Shown here in pieces: positions 13,407 through 26,300 of a DNA stretch of 64,000 nucleotides (positions within the stretch are counted from its first letter, which is position 1; each line of letters opens with the position of its first letter). The notes under the pieces are model-generated. The model worked only from the letters and a program-made list of their open reading frames with translations, was not told the DNA's origin and did no database searches. The position numbers and the translations under genes are program-made. Source of the DNA: Lama glama (taxonomy: Eukaryota); assembly GCA_028534125.1 (NCBI GenBank), contig CM052818.1, positions 38,752,001-38,816,000 on the forward strand, given 5' to 3'.

Positions 13407-14559
13407 AAAGTTAATTATATCCTAATATACCTCTGAATATTTAAAAAGACTTTGACTAGTTTTTCTCCCCCTACACACCCGTTCAGATACTTTCATTCTA
13501 TAATGAAAGATTTTAGTAATATTAAATACGTTGCCAAGTGACCCTGGAATGCCCCAGTCCTATGCCAGCCACTTCCCATCAGATGCCTAAGGGAGATGTT
13601 GTATAGGAACAGCAGCAAAAGGAAACACAGTAGTACTTAATCTTCACCAGGACTTGGGTCCAGTACCCTAGAACAGAGAATTCAGGTGAGCCAGACTTGG
13701 CTGTTTCTCTAAGTTAGTTAAGCAAGACCCTTCCAGCACATCTGCCAATTTCCTGAGGCATATAAACAGGGAGAAACAGAAACTCAGGAGGATAAATTTG
13801 CTCCCAGTGCCTCATACTCTGCTGCCTCACCAGAGGAAGATAGATGCCTTGGGTCAGCTTCTCACCCATTCCCAGGTAAGAAAGAGACGAAGCTAGTCCC
13901 TAGATGGCCCAGTGACTTCCATTTGGGAGTGAGTAGATTCTGGCCTTTTACTCTTGAGTCACACAGAAAGAAGAGAGCCCCACTTTGCAAGCCTTTTAAT
14001 GTGTGGTTGTTCCAGCTACTAGAGAGTGGTCCATCAGTAACCTGCTTGGACCTCCTCCTCCTTCGTCACCCAGTTCCCACTACTCCCCTCCATGCCTGCA
14101 GGGGGAGCAGGGCTCAGTGATTGTGTGGTCACCTCTGTCCTCAACCACATTTTTTTCATCTTTAGGGATTTTAATTCTCTTTTTTTAAAGAGCGGGAATG
14201 GAGCCATTCCTGGATAAAAGAAAGAAAGAAAACAACGTAAATTGGAAAATGAATTTTCTAACCGGTCTCCCTTTAGCATCGTTCAAGTTTCTAAAAATGG
14301 TTGCTCAGAAAGACTGCAATGAAAGGTTAATGCTTGGTGACTGCTATCCCTTGTTCCCTAGAGGGATAGGATTTTTAAATAACTGAAAAAAGATGCTTGT
14401 GTTACAGATGGGTTTCCTTTAAGGTTGCAAGGTGGAGTCTTACATGTCTGACTTTGGGGGAAGGGTGGAAGCAGCAGCCCACTGCTCTTCTCCAGTAATT
14501 TCTGTAATGCCTGTAGTCCTAGTGGACTACTAAATAGAGAGAAGTAATCCAGGTAGGGA

Positions 14560-15065
14560 TTTTTCCCAGTTTTATTGAAATAGAATTGACACATAACGTT
14601 GTATTAGTTTAAAGTGTACAACATAATGATTTGATTACATGTATATACTGCACAATGATTACAAGTTTGGTTAACATCCATTACCTCGCTTTGTTAATTT
14701 TGTTTCTTGTGATGAGAACTTTTAAGATCTACTTTCTTAACAACTTTCAAATGTACAATATTATGTTAACTATAGTCACCATGCTGTACATTACATCCCC
14801 AGAACTGATTTACCTTATAGCTGGAAGTTTATACCTTTTGACCGCCTTCACCCATTTCCCCCACCCTCTACCCGCTGGGTAAAGGCAACAACCAATCTGT
14901 TCTCTCTTTCTATGAATTCGGCTTTTTTTTAGGTTCTGCATGTAAGTCATACAATATTTGTCTTTCTTCGTCTGACTTCACTTAGCATAATACCTTCAGG
15001 GTTCATCCATGTTGTCACAAATGGCAGGGTTTCCTTCTTTTTCTATAGCTGAATAATATTTATTA
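14560..15065 (-). mobile_element. L1 3' end (L1MA-like)
   Basis: ttttattgaaatagaattgacacataac...ttaactatagtcaccatgctgtacatt...ttcatccatgttgtcacaaatggcagg. Confidence 0.8.
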
Positions 15066-16149
15066 TCACCAGGTTTATGTGTGTGGCTTTTTTTCCATGT
15101 TAAATATTTTAAGATGTTGATACATCGTTGAAAGTGATTTTTGTCAGTTATTAGCTAAATCAAATATATAAACTTATACCATAAGATGGTTTCTAATATT
15201 ACTTTTGTTCTTATAATAAAATCCTCTATTGTAATGCATAAAAGCCAGCAAGTCAATGTACACTAAAACAAAGCTTTGTTGACTCCCTCAGGGCAAAGGT
15301 CGGGCTTTCTGCTTTGGGCTTCTGCAGTGCTTTGTTTACATGTCTCTCTGCCTGTTGTATTTCAGGGCCAGCTTGTATGTGCTTGTGTACATCCCTACTC
15401 TGGAGCTTCTCCAGGGCAGAGCTCCCTTGCTTACTTCTGAATTTCAACCACTTAGCCAGTGCCAGATGGGAGATAGGTTTGGAGCTATTTGAGGTGGAGA
15501 TGCTGTGAATCTGTCAGTATCAGCAGCAGATAGTGGCGTTGGGGGGGGGGAACCACGAGAAAAGGCAACTGTGGTTTCAGTATGGGGATAAGCTGTAGCA
15601 ATTTGCAGAGACATTTTAGCAGGGACATGTCTCCTTCGAGGCAACTAAAGAGTTAAGGGAAAATATGTCTGTAAGCATAGAGATTATAGGAACCGTCATC
15701 CCAGCTCACTGTGGAAGGTGTACAGGAAGAAGTAGAAGCGCAGTCTTGGGCAGTCAAAATCTAGACCTGAGGAAATTAAATTGTGTGTTTAATAGATAAA
15801 TGATTACTTAACATAACAATTGGGAGATAAAATAATTTCCGTCTTAATAATATATATACTTTTTATCAACTCTCTTGGATATCAAAGCAAGTGCCAAGGA
15901 GAAGTAAACTGCAGGAAATAACTTTTTCTTAATCAACTTTTGAATTTAAACATCCTACTGATAGCCTGAGATTCTTAATTAACAATTCCAATATTTGGAC
16001 AACAGTTATCACCCCTTGACATGCAGCACCTCAGAGGAACTATGTAGACTTTGAGGAGACTTTAAGGCAAGGTAGATCTAGTTCTCAGATTTTGTGTTTT
16101 CTTACCACAGATCCATTTATTGTTAATTGTAAATAGTAGTAAAAGGTAC

Positions 16150-16370
16150 TGGTTAGGAATGCTGTCTCTGAATTTATAGCTAAGTTTTTCACTGGGTTAT
16201 ATTCACTAATTGTTTCAACTTAAGCAAGTTAGTCTCTCTAAGCCTAAGTTTCCTTTTCTGTAAAATAAGAATAAAATACCTTGCTCAGAATATTGTTGTA
16301 AGGACTCAGTGAACACAGAGCTTAGCATGGAGTCTGGCAAATTATTCTCAGTTTTCATCAGGTCATTGTT
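16150..16370. mobile_element. MIR SINE
   Basis: ctctctaagcctaagtttccttttctgtaaaat core. Confidence 0.6.
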
Positions 16371-18269
16371 ATTTGTTGCTCTTCATTTTTACATATCATT
16401 GTAATAATAGCATACACTCTTAACCACTGTGCTTTGGTGTCCGGTTATTTCTTTCTTTCTACTTCATCTGTCCTCCCCCACCCCCCACCACTACCTCCAC
16501 ACACCCTATACTTTTTCCTTTTCCTGTTTAGGGTTACAGGTGCAGAGTCCTCTGCTCAGATCTACTGCCTGCGACTTCTAATCTATAGGGAACAGGAAGT
16601 ATCTTGAGCCAGTGTATGTAAAGGCATTAGAAATAACCATGTGTTTACCTTGTAAGCCAAGATTTTCTTAGAGAGCCCTTTGGTGAATATGGCCTGAAGA
16701 AGAACTTAAAAAGAAAAAAAAAAGTTAATAACAAACCCAAAACAAAAAGATCGTACCCCACTATCGCTTAGAAATGTAACCAAATACAGCCCCCTCTAAA
16801 TAATTACTGGTCATGGAGGATGGAGAAATAAAATCAGGTGAACATATGGGAAATCTAGGATGCTCGCTGTTTACACTGTCTTGATCACTAACGTCACTTT
16901 GTGATATGGTTCCTAGTGTTTGCCTTGGGCAGCTCATGCCCATAACTAGTTAGACAGGACTTGTCTCTTGATATCTGAAGGTAGGTGCGGGTCCCTGTGA
17001 TCCACGTTTATTATTCCTGCTCAACTCTCTGATGCCTTCATGCAGGAGGAAAGGGATGGCCTTTCCCCAGTGCCAAGGCTTTTCAAGCCGGGCTTCTCAG
17101 TGGAGTTATTTCAGGTTATAATTGCATCACTGAAAAGTGAACACTCCATAGAAATAGTCTCTGAAATGTTAGGTGGAAAGCAGCAGCAGGTGCCATGGTG
17201 ATGCTGTGCTCCTTGCCGAAGAGCCCTCGTTAGGGGAGGTCTTTTCTGCCTTGCTTTCCTTCTGGTTGACCCTTTTGTATTGGGGCTTTTCAAAGACCTC
17301 AGCATCGTAGCTTGTACTGGTGTGAGGATTCCCAGAGTACCCTTCTCAGTGTCCCAGTCTCTCCAGGCAGGAGAGTGCTCTGGGACAGAGGAATAGACCT
17401 GGTGGACATGAGCCCGAGTCTGAATTTCGAATTTCCAGATTTCTCAACTCCGTTTCATACTCTGAGGAAGTGCTGAATAACTGTGCATAATGACTGTTCC
17501 AGACACTGTTTCCTGGATATAACTTAAAGGATTCTTGGTGGTAAGAGTAGGGAGTGGTTTAGAGAGAACCTAAAGTTATTAGCCCTATTTATAGAGTGAT
17601 CATTAATGCCTGCAGACAGCTGCTTCTCCCAACAGTATTTCAAGGGGAAGCTGTAAGCAGGATGGTTGCTGAGAAATTCTGAGAAACTTATTTTCCATGA
17701 CTGGCCAGAATAGTCACCCATGGGTTGTGAGGCTGCAGCATTTAGAGCTGTCGAGAGACTGGCACCAGGAGAAAAGAACCAGGCAACTACCAGCCTCTCC
17801 TGTCCTCCAGGAAACAAAAGGGACTTCATACTCTGCTAAGAGCCCTGGCAAAATGAATTTTGGCTTTTAGGCTTTGATGTGCCCAGAAACAGTTGTAGTG
17901 AGCAAAAATGTGAGACTGGGAAGAGTAAATTAAGTGAGAAGTCTGTGAGCCACAGATCCTTTGTAGCATTCAAAACTAAAACCCCAGGTGACAGCCGGAA
18001 AAATCTCTATGAAGTGCTTCAGAATAAGTCTGCAACTCAAAGTTTAGTTGTTAGTAATTGACTCTCTGGTGTACTATGTTAAATATTTTCCTCCTTAAAG
18101 TGTTTTTTAACTATCTCTTTAAATATTGGTTACATCGTAATGTTACTGTAATAAAGGCTGACGTTTTTATATGAGTAATCTCACCTGTCCATATTCAGGT
18201 AATGGATTTAATGGTCCATAGAGTAAAATTATCCCGTGGGCAACAACACACATCATGCACAGCCTCCTC

Positions 18270-18790
18270 CCGCCTCTGCTCTGCACTCTCTGTCCATCAT
18301 TGTGGCCCAAGTAAGTTTCCTACCATACAGACTTAATCTTGTCACTTCTTTGTGTGAAGTCTTTTGTTAGCTCCTGTGGACTTCAGAACAAGGTACAATC
18401 CCCTTATTGTGGACCAGAGGCTGCTTATGACTTGATCTCTCTCTGCCTCTCCAGCCTTATCTCCCTCCACCTGTACTCCAGCCAATTTTAATTACTTCCA
18501 GTTCCCAAGGAGGCCATACTCCTTCGTACTTTTTATTTTGCTTAGTATGCTTCCCATAGTGTGCTCCCCAACTTGAAGACTCAACTTGGGCATCAGTGTC
18601 TTGGGGAACATTTCCTTCCCACTGATTCCCACCGGGTACCCTCATCGGGGCCAGTGGTCTTGTGTACGTGGTGCCTCCTGTCCTTCCCCCTCCAGAGACT
18701 GTGTCTTGTTATCTGTTTTCCAAATGCAGAGTAAATGCTCAATAAGTATTTGCCAAACAGATCAGTGAATAAGTATTTGAATGAGTGAGC
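18270..18790. mobile_element. L2 remnant
   Basis: Pyrimidine-rich body ending tgctcaataagtatttg...tgaatgagtga. Confidence 0.5.
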
Positions 18791-19044
18791 AAATTCAGTG
18801 TGTTATAGAAACTACTAGTGGCTGTAACTAGCCACTTAAGGGCTGCAACCAGGCATAACTTTTTTTCAGTGGTAACAGATGTCAGAGGGGCCTTAAAATT
18901 TAGTGGGTTTTTTTTTTTTTGTAGAAATTACCAGTGTGTACTCTTCTGAATAAGGTTTCACTTTTGCTGCCTTTTTTTTTTTAATACACAAGTAGAATGC
19001 AGTTTTTCAGTGAAGAGCAGCAACTTAGAGCTAGACAGGGACAG

Positions 19045-19233
19045 ATATGTATGTGTACATACTTATAAATGTATTTTTGTATATACACATAAATATACAT
19101 ACATATATGCATATTTACACATGTGTGTGATATGCTTATATGCCCATACATACATACACATGTATGCATTTATACACATTTGTATATGTATATACACATA
19201 CATACATGTGTGTGCATGAATGTGTGTGTGTGT
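19045..19233. repeat. Alternating purine-pyrimidine simple repeat (TA/TG/CA)
   Basis: Directly visible degenerate (TATG/TACA)n ending in (TG)n. Confidence 0.9.
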
Positions 19234-19898
19234 AAGGGGCTAGTACAGATCAGTATTCAATAAGGGTCTTACTAATGCCTCAAAGGTAGCTCTGTCTCCA
19301 TCCAGCCTGCTTGCTATCACCTGGAATAAGATTATAACACCTCCCCACTGAGTCAGCATACTCTCCTGCTACATGGAGCCTATTCGGAGGAATGTCACAG
19401 TCTCAGGAGTCTGATCACACTTCTGCTGCATTGAGAAGCCTGAGTCCATGTGATTCATCTTTGCGTACATTCGACAAACATGTCCCTGTACCAAATGTGT
19501 ACCATGTAGCTATATGAAAAACTATTAAGTGTACAGTGAATGGTTACTAGTCACTCAGTGATTATGTCTCAGTAACTTTTCCTTGCCCTCATCTGCCATC
19601 TCTCCAGCATCCATCCCAACCCCAGCAGACACAGCTTTGCCCTCTTAGTGAACCATGGGTGATGTATCACACAAGGCTCTCTGTACATGGATTTCTTGCC
19701 ACCAGATGCCAAGATTCACTCCCATAAACCCTGAAGTCTCACTGCCTTGAGAGAGCCACTATCTGGAGAGAGTCTTGGGCTTAGCTTACAGGGCAAGGTG
19801 CAGGGGCTGTTTTCAAAGCATTACAGGTTGCTGGTGTCATATCCGTTGTTGGGAGAGGAAAGTGGTTTCTAATAAAATGTTTTTGTCTTGTCTTCTAG

Positions 19899-20090
19899 CT
19901 TACATTTTACTATGGCACCATGGATGCTTGGTGTCCAACAGAGTACTATGAAGACATAAAGAAAGACTTTCCAGAAGGAGATATTCGACTCTGTGAGAAA
20001 AAAATACCTCATGCTTTTGTCTTATATTTTTATCAGGAAATGGCTGACATGGTAGCTGAGTGGCTAAAGGATGATCTGTCTGAAATATAA
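19899..20090 (+). CDS. LDAH: LDAH terminal coding exon
   Basis: Acceptor ttgtcttgtcttctag ends at 19898. Reads LTFYYGTMDAWCPTEYYEDIKKDFPEGDIRLCEKKIPHAFVLYFYQEMADMVAEWLKDDLSEI*, TAA at 20088-20090. Contains the presumed catalytic Asp (GTMD) and His (IPHAF) of the alpha/beta-hydrolase triad. Confidence 0.95.
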   Translation, partial: LTFYYGTMDAWCPTEYYEDIKKDFPEGDIRLCEKKIPHAFVLYFYQEMADMVAEWLKDDLSEI

Positions 20091-21930
20091 ATACTGACAC
20101 AAGGAAACAAGCACTGACAGCTAGTACATACAGTAGTATATTTAGTGGGTAAATATTTAATTTTAATGTTCGATTTTAGAAGAGAAAAAAAGTGAGAACC
20201 CCTTGGCTTAAAAACTAGCAGCTCCCAGCTCCCCATGCTACAGACTGAAGTAAACACAGTTGATGAAACAGCCCAGAGGATTAACAACACATTTTCCAAG
20301 ACTCGGGGAACGCAGTGATCTGAACAAGTTCTCTTGTGTTTTCACGAGATGCCCAGTGGCTCATACAGTTTATTTTGGTAGGCAGGATCCTTGCAGGCAA
20401 AAGGAAATCTAAAAATTTGGTTGATTTTAATTGAGTTACAATGTAGAATAGGCTCTCCTAAAGAAAATTATGAAAGACTTACTAGTAGAAAATGTAAAGG
20501 GACCAGTGAACGTTCAGTGTGTGCAGCTGGGTATGTGAAGTGTGTGAGATCGTGGGAAGGACACACTCAAGTTCTAGGAGCAGGAAGTGACGAGCAGTGG
20601 ATCTTGGCAGTGGCCCCGGGTCCCTCTTAAGGACAGAAGCTGAAGATCAGCCCAGACTAACTTTGCACAGGTCTCGGCTGAGATCATCAGAATCAGACTG
20701 GATACCAGGACAGCCTGCATACCCTGCCTGTTTCTACCTTGCAACATGTCACAAACCACCAGTCAGCTTTTTGTCTGGCTACCGATGACACAAGCCCAAG
20801 CAGAGCCAATGGCAGGGACAGCACTGCTTGTCTCCTTCCCTGAGGAGTGTGCATTAGTCAGGGAATAAAGTTCGTCAGACATTCCTCTGGTCAATTAACA
20901 ACTAATAAGAGTCATTGAAGGCTCCCAACTATGCCTTCCTCCACAGACAGCCCACAAGTTCTGGTCGTGAGCTCCCTGCAATCTCGTCTTCTCCAGAGCC
21001 AGAATAGGGAGGCACTGGGCTGTCCCAAATCAACCCTGTACCTGCCACATACAGTTGCCCCTTCTGTGACTTTTTTTCAGTCAGACGCCATTGAGGGCCA
21101 GCAGTGAGCCAAGTACTGTATAGACATTGAGGAAAGATTGTTAGCTATGTTATGATTCTTTTCTTCTGAAAACCTTCTAGTAAGTAAAATTTGAATGGGC
21201 ATCTTTAAATTGCTGAATAGAGAATTAACATAAATAAAATCTCCATTTCTGCATTAGCTTTGTTAGTTGGAAAGAAATTGTTTTACTAATGAACCAAAAC
21301 AAGCCATTAAATTATGTGAATTCACACTCTGGACACACTGAGGCCCAGCAAAGAAGCTTGTCCTCTGACCTAGAGTGAGCTAATGATATTGCTTCCTTCC
21401 CGAACTTGACTCAATCCTGGGACCTTAGGAGCCAATAAATCCCACTGACTGCAGAGACAGTTGATGATAGACACATTCCATTTTCTCCTAGAGGAAATCC
21501 CTCATGGTGTTATCATTCCTGAAGGACAATAGGATGTTGTCCTTCTTCTCCAAACCTAAAGCCCCCCAATGAAAGATTCAGCTCTGATATGCTGCCAGCC
21601 CAATGGTAAGCATTGAATGAGTTACAATCCTTTGGCATGGCTTCTGCATCAGAGCAAATGACTTCTTAGAGGGGAGGAGCCAAGCTCCAGACAAGGAGTG
21701 CTCTTGGCCCCAGAAAGGAGCCAGCAGATGTATAAGCCGTTGACACAAGGCTGCATACAAAGTCCTTATTGCCATCTGTGTGGGGAGGCCTTCTAGAAAT
21801 CTGATGTTAGGGGCTGGGACTCATGGCTCGAAGTGCCTTACATACAGGAGATGTTCAGTAGTACTAACCTGAAGCACTTAAGCAAGTACTGGGGAAATCG
21901 TGCCTACTGGAATAAAGAGTGACACCCTCA
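20091..21930 (+). other. LDAH: LDAH 3' UTR (3' end uncertain)
   Basis: Follows the stop codon; end placed just after the best-looking poly(A) signal at 21911. Confidence 0.55.
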
Positions 21931-21945
21931 GTTTTTCTTTAACTG
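21911..21945 (+). terminator. Candidate LDAH polyadenylation signal
   Basis: AATAAA at 21911-21916, then CA dinucleotides and a T-rich element (gtttttcttt). Alternative AATAAA at 20864, 21233, 22630 and 22676. Confidence 0.45.
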
Positions 21946-22126
21946 TTATTTTACAACATTACTTCATATTTCAAAAATCCATGTGTATGAAATTATATTG
22001 GCTAAACCAAAGTTTACCAGAGCTTAAACAATGATAAGATGTAAAATGATAAAGTAAAATATACTGGATCTTATTTTCTGTTTGTCATCTAAGCACCAAG
22101 TGAATTTTTGAAATACATTAAAAAAA

Positions 22127-22214
22127 TTTTTTAATGGAAATACTAGGGATTGAACCCAGGATATCATGCATGCTAAGCATGTGCTCCACCACTGAGCTAT
22201 ACCCTCCCCACCCC
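22127..22214 (-). mobile_element. tRNA-Ala-derived SINE (camelid vic-1 type)
   Basis: Minus strand ggggagggtatagctcagtggtggagcacatgcttagcatgcatgatatcctgggttcaatccctagtatttcca plus A tail; A box, B box and AGC anticodon visible; possible TSD ttgaaata at 22108 and 22215. Confidence 0.8.
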
Positions 22215-22429
22215 TTGAAATAAGTGTTTTATCTGTACTTTGTCACCTTGCCTGGCCTAATCTCTGTATGTTGCAGGGAGGAGAGGTCCATTCTCCTGAG
22301 TTAGACTCAGGTCAGAGTCTCTCTGTTAAATTGAAAATGCTTCTTTTAGAGAAGGAAGAATCAGATTTTAGGAGACGAAGTTCATTTTACTTCATTAGGA
22401 ATTAAAAATGTTTCCATGTATATGTATGA

Positions 22430-22645
22430 GGTAATAAGGTATGTGGACTCTGGAGGCCTTACCGTCTGTGTTTTAGACAACCTCACCTAATTTCTCCATG
22501 CCTCAGTGTCCTCAATTATAAGATAGAGTTAATGGTAATAATACATACACCATATTGTTGGAAGAAGTCAATGGGGTGATAAAATGAAAGCATTTATTGA
22601 GCACAATGCCTGACCAAGAGTATCTTCTCAATAAAGATTGGCTAT
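22430..22645. mobile_element. MIR SINE
   Basis: tctccatgcctcagtgtcctcaattataagat...gcacaatgcctgac core. Confidence 0.6.
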
Positions 22646-23034
22646 ATTAATAATTGGTATTATGAAAATCATCATAATAAAAAATAAACTAAGGACTATT
22701 TGGTAAGCGGTGGATGAAATCCATTTTCCAGAAGCATTTCTGCCTGTATCTCCCAGGCAGCCAAACATCTTGGTCCTTGTCAAACATCTAATAACTTCTC
22801 CTGGGCTTATCTAGTGCAGGAATCATGACTGGTACCCATGTTTGCTCCCAGTCTGCTCTGGGCCGTGGGGGAGAATCTCCAGAGGCAGCCCCTGTGGCTC
22901 TCATGGCCAGATGTTCAAGGCAGCGGCTGTCTCACTAGTGGCCTCTTCACTCAACCCTTGGGGAGCCAGTGATCTCCAAGTCTTGATTTTTTTTCATCCT
23001 ACCTTATATTAAAATTAAATTTAATTCCTACTGG

Positions 23035-23378
23035 AGGAGACATGACAACTTAATGCAACACCTGATCCTGGATTAGATGTTTCTGTTACTGAAAAAAATA
23101 TTGTTGAGACAATTTACAAAACATCATTGAGTGGGATCTAAAGATTAACTGGGAGTAAGAGATCAATGTTAATTTTCTGGTTCCCATGGTTGTATTGTGG
23201 GTGTATAGGAGAATGTCCTCATTTGTGCTGAAGACACACTGAAATGTTTGGGAACCGTGAGGCATTATGTCAATTTACTTACAAATGGTTCAGAGGGAAA
23301 AAAATCTTCTTTGTACTTGCAACTTTTTTCTAAGTTTGAGATGATTTTGGAATTTTTAAAGATAAATATTAAAAAAAA
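23035..23378 (+). mobile_element. Old L1 3' end (L1MC/ME-like)
   Basis: gacatgacaacttaatgcaa...tcaatgttaattttctg...ggagaatgtcctc...gtacttgcaacttttttctaagtttga plus A tail. Confidence 0.65.
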
Positions 23379-26300
23379 ATGCTCTCTCTTTCTGCATCTG
23401 TCTCTTATTGCTTCTCTTCCAGAAAGTGAATTACTTCATCTAGGAAGTAAATGAAGACCAGAGTTCAAATCCTGGATCTTTCATTTATTAGGTTTGTGGT
23501 GTTATAGAGGCTTACCCCTCCCCCGAGCCCACTCCTCCAGTCCCCTGCTGGCCTTCCTCCATGAAAGTACTTTCTTTAGCTTTTAGACTTTGGGAGGGTT
23601 TCTTATTGTCTTTAATGGGGTCAAATGAGGTCTTGCATATAGCATTTAGCACCCTGTCTGGCTTATGGTAGATGCTCCATTAAATGATGCCTACCTCTTC
23701 TCTCTGGTGCAGTGGAGGAACCCTTGATATCCCAGGCTGTGTGTTGTTTCACCCAGCCTGAAACGATTCTTGCAGTCTTAGCGTTTCTGGTTCATATTGG
23801 TGAAGGAGGGGAACACTTGCTCACCTGATGCAGCTATCTGACCCCAGGCCGTGCAGGCCTCTCACAAAGCCCAAGATACCCAAACATCTCCTCAAGGAGC
23901 TTACAGTCACTTAGAAAAGGTGTAGGAAGCCAAGCATTTCTTAAGCAGCACAAGACATCATCTTTGTTGCTGGGCTTCTCTTGCCAGAGAAACAGGGACA
24001 TGCTTGGACTGCTCCTTCCCTCGGGGTGGGCTGAAGGAGCAAGCAGTGCCTGGGGCTAAGCATGCTCTGTGAACAGCTGGATCTCTGAGGCCTTGAGGCT
24101 GAAGCTCTCCTGTGGTAGTGCTGAGGACAGAAGAGATTTCCCTTTCCAAGGGGCTAAGATTCCTGCCTCTGCCTCCTGGAGGCGTAGGTGAGTGATCACA
24201 TTGGCCCAGGTGGGGAGCCGGTGTGGGACATGGTCTGTCCTCTTCCACTGACTGCAGGCAGCCCCAGAGCAAAACGGGTGAGGGCTGGAGAAGGCTCCGG
24301 GTTGCCATAGTTCTGTAAAGAGAAAACTCCTGGAGGGAGAGGAGCAGGAGGCTGCACCTGGTGCCAAAAGATGGGTAGAACTGGGGTGCCATTTGACAGA
24401 TTACCACGAAGCTGCCAAGGGGGTCCTTGCTCCAGACCTCACAGCTACTGAGTGACGGCTGGGGTTCAAGTGCAGGCCTCTGCTCCAGAGCCATGGCTTC
24501 ACCTGTTCCTTTCCATGGCATCATGCTGCCTCCTGGAGGCAACAGTGGGCAGCCTAGCAAGAGCGGAAGGTTGGGGAAGGGAGTTTTGGGAAGGGCACCC
24601 GAGGGCCGGGCTGTTAGGGGAAGTTCAAAGTAGATATTGGTAACAACAGAGTAGTCTTAAAGAATGAAACAGGTTTCAGGGGGGCATGGGGACATCAGAC
24701 AGTGGATGGCGGGAGGAAAGCCAGCATATGGGGGTCAGAGCTGAGGCTGAGTCCCATGTTCTGATCTCTCTGCAGCTCTGCCACGGCCAGCTGGTGCTTC
24801 TGATGCACTCACTTCTGGTGGCTCCCCAGAACCTTTGGGATTGACTGCTCCGGCTGTGAGAGTGCCCGTGCCTCTACCCCACCCCCTGGAGGCTTGGCCC
24901 AAAATGCCAGCTGCTTCTGCCTCCCAGAGCAGTGCCTCCTCTCTCTCCTCCTCCCTCTGAGCCAATAGAGACAGTCCCCTGGCCATGTCTCTATAGAAGT
25001 ACTCATCATTACTGCAGGAATTATATTTCTATCCTCCCACTCCACCATCAACACTCCTTCCTGCCCTTTAAAGGAGAGTCCTAAGAGATGGGACTTGTAT
25101 CTTAGTCATCTCTGTATTCTCAGGGGATAGGGCCCGTCACATAGAATATTCAATAAATGTTTTATCTAAATTAATCAAAGTTGCTGCCATACCTAATAGC
25201 ACACTCTCAAGAAACAGAATTCCCTCAATTCATCAGACTCCCAGGGCATCACATCACTGGGTCTCCTTGTCCCTCAAAACTGCATATGCAAATGGCAGTG
25301 TGACACTTGCTCTTTTATCCTTTAAGCATTTCCCCCACCGCTCTGTGCACAGCTGGGTCAGAGAGATTCTGGGACGTCGACTGTTCACTTTCTGATGCTA
25401 GCAAAGCCACTGCACACCATGGCCCATTCTTCCTGTCCCGTCCGGCTGCAACTGTTACTTCCATTCTCCTATGATTAGAAAACCTCTGGAGTTTGGGTAT
25501 TAATAACTCCCAAATATGTGGTTATCATTTGTTGAGCGCTAACCCCATGTGGCACCCCAAGTGGGAATTACAGCAACAATACAAGAGACCCCGCTCTGGG
25601 ACAGCAGAGCCTTTTCATTTTGTATTGCATTCCTCAGACATTCTGGCAGAGGGGCCTGGGCTGACCTCCCCACACTGGGACAGACTTCCTTGCTGGGTAA
25701 GTCTCTGGGAAAATTCCTCTTCCCTGGGGCGGGAATGTGACCCTGTGACTGAGTGTCCATGACAGCCAGGGATGCGGGTGCACCTGCAGGGCCTCCCTCC
25801 CTCACAGAGGGACCAAGATCCCGCCCCTGCAAATCCACCCTGCTTGGGCTCCGCAGAACATCTGGGCCACCCCCACCCCCGCTGGCTCGGCTGGAGGGCC
25901 GCACACCTGCATGTGATTAGGCCTCAGCCGACACCCCAGCCTCAAGGTCGGTGGCTGCACGCTGGTGACACGTCATAACAGACGAGTTTCTCCCCAGATC
26001 ACTGTTCCTTCTGAGCAGAGAAGTGTACGCTTCCCGGGGGCACAGGAACACAAGGCATCCAAAACCAAGCTAGACAGCTCCACCCTCAGCAGGGCAGCAG
26101 TTGGAGGCATCTGCCTCAACCTGCCTGGACATGAGCAGGCAGCGGGCATTCCAGGGCATACCAAGGCTGGGGGAGCGGAGAACTCAATCTGCACCTCCTT
26201 CTAGCATCAGTCATTGCAGGGCCTTTAGACCATCTTTCATCAGCATTTGGGAAATAAGATAAAATATTAAATGCTGCCGATTTTCTTTTCTCCCTGTAAA

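Noticed and set aside
22140..22210. Possible functional tRNA-Ala gene
   Set aside because: Stems are mismatched, and it has an extra G-rich 5' leader, an A-rich tail and a possible TSD, which fits a SINE.
23958..24560. 200-aa minus-strand ORF between LDAH and GDF7
   Set aside because: Non-ATG start, no recognisable domain or splice support; consistent with chance in GC-rich DNA.
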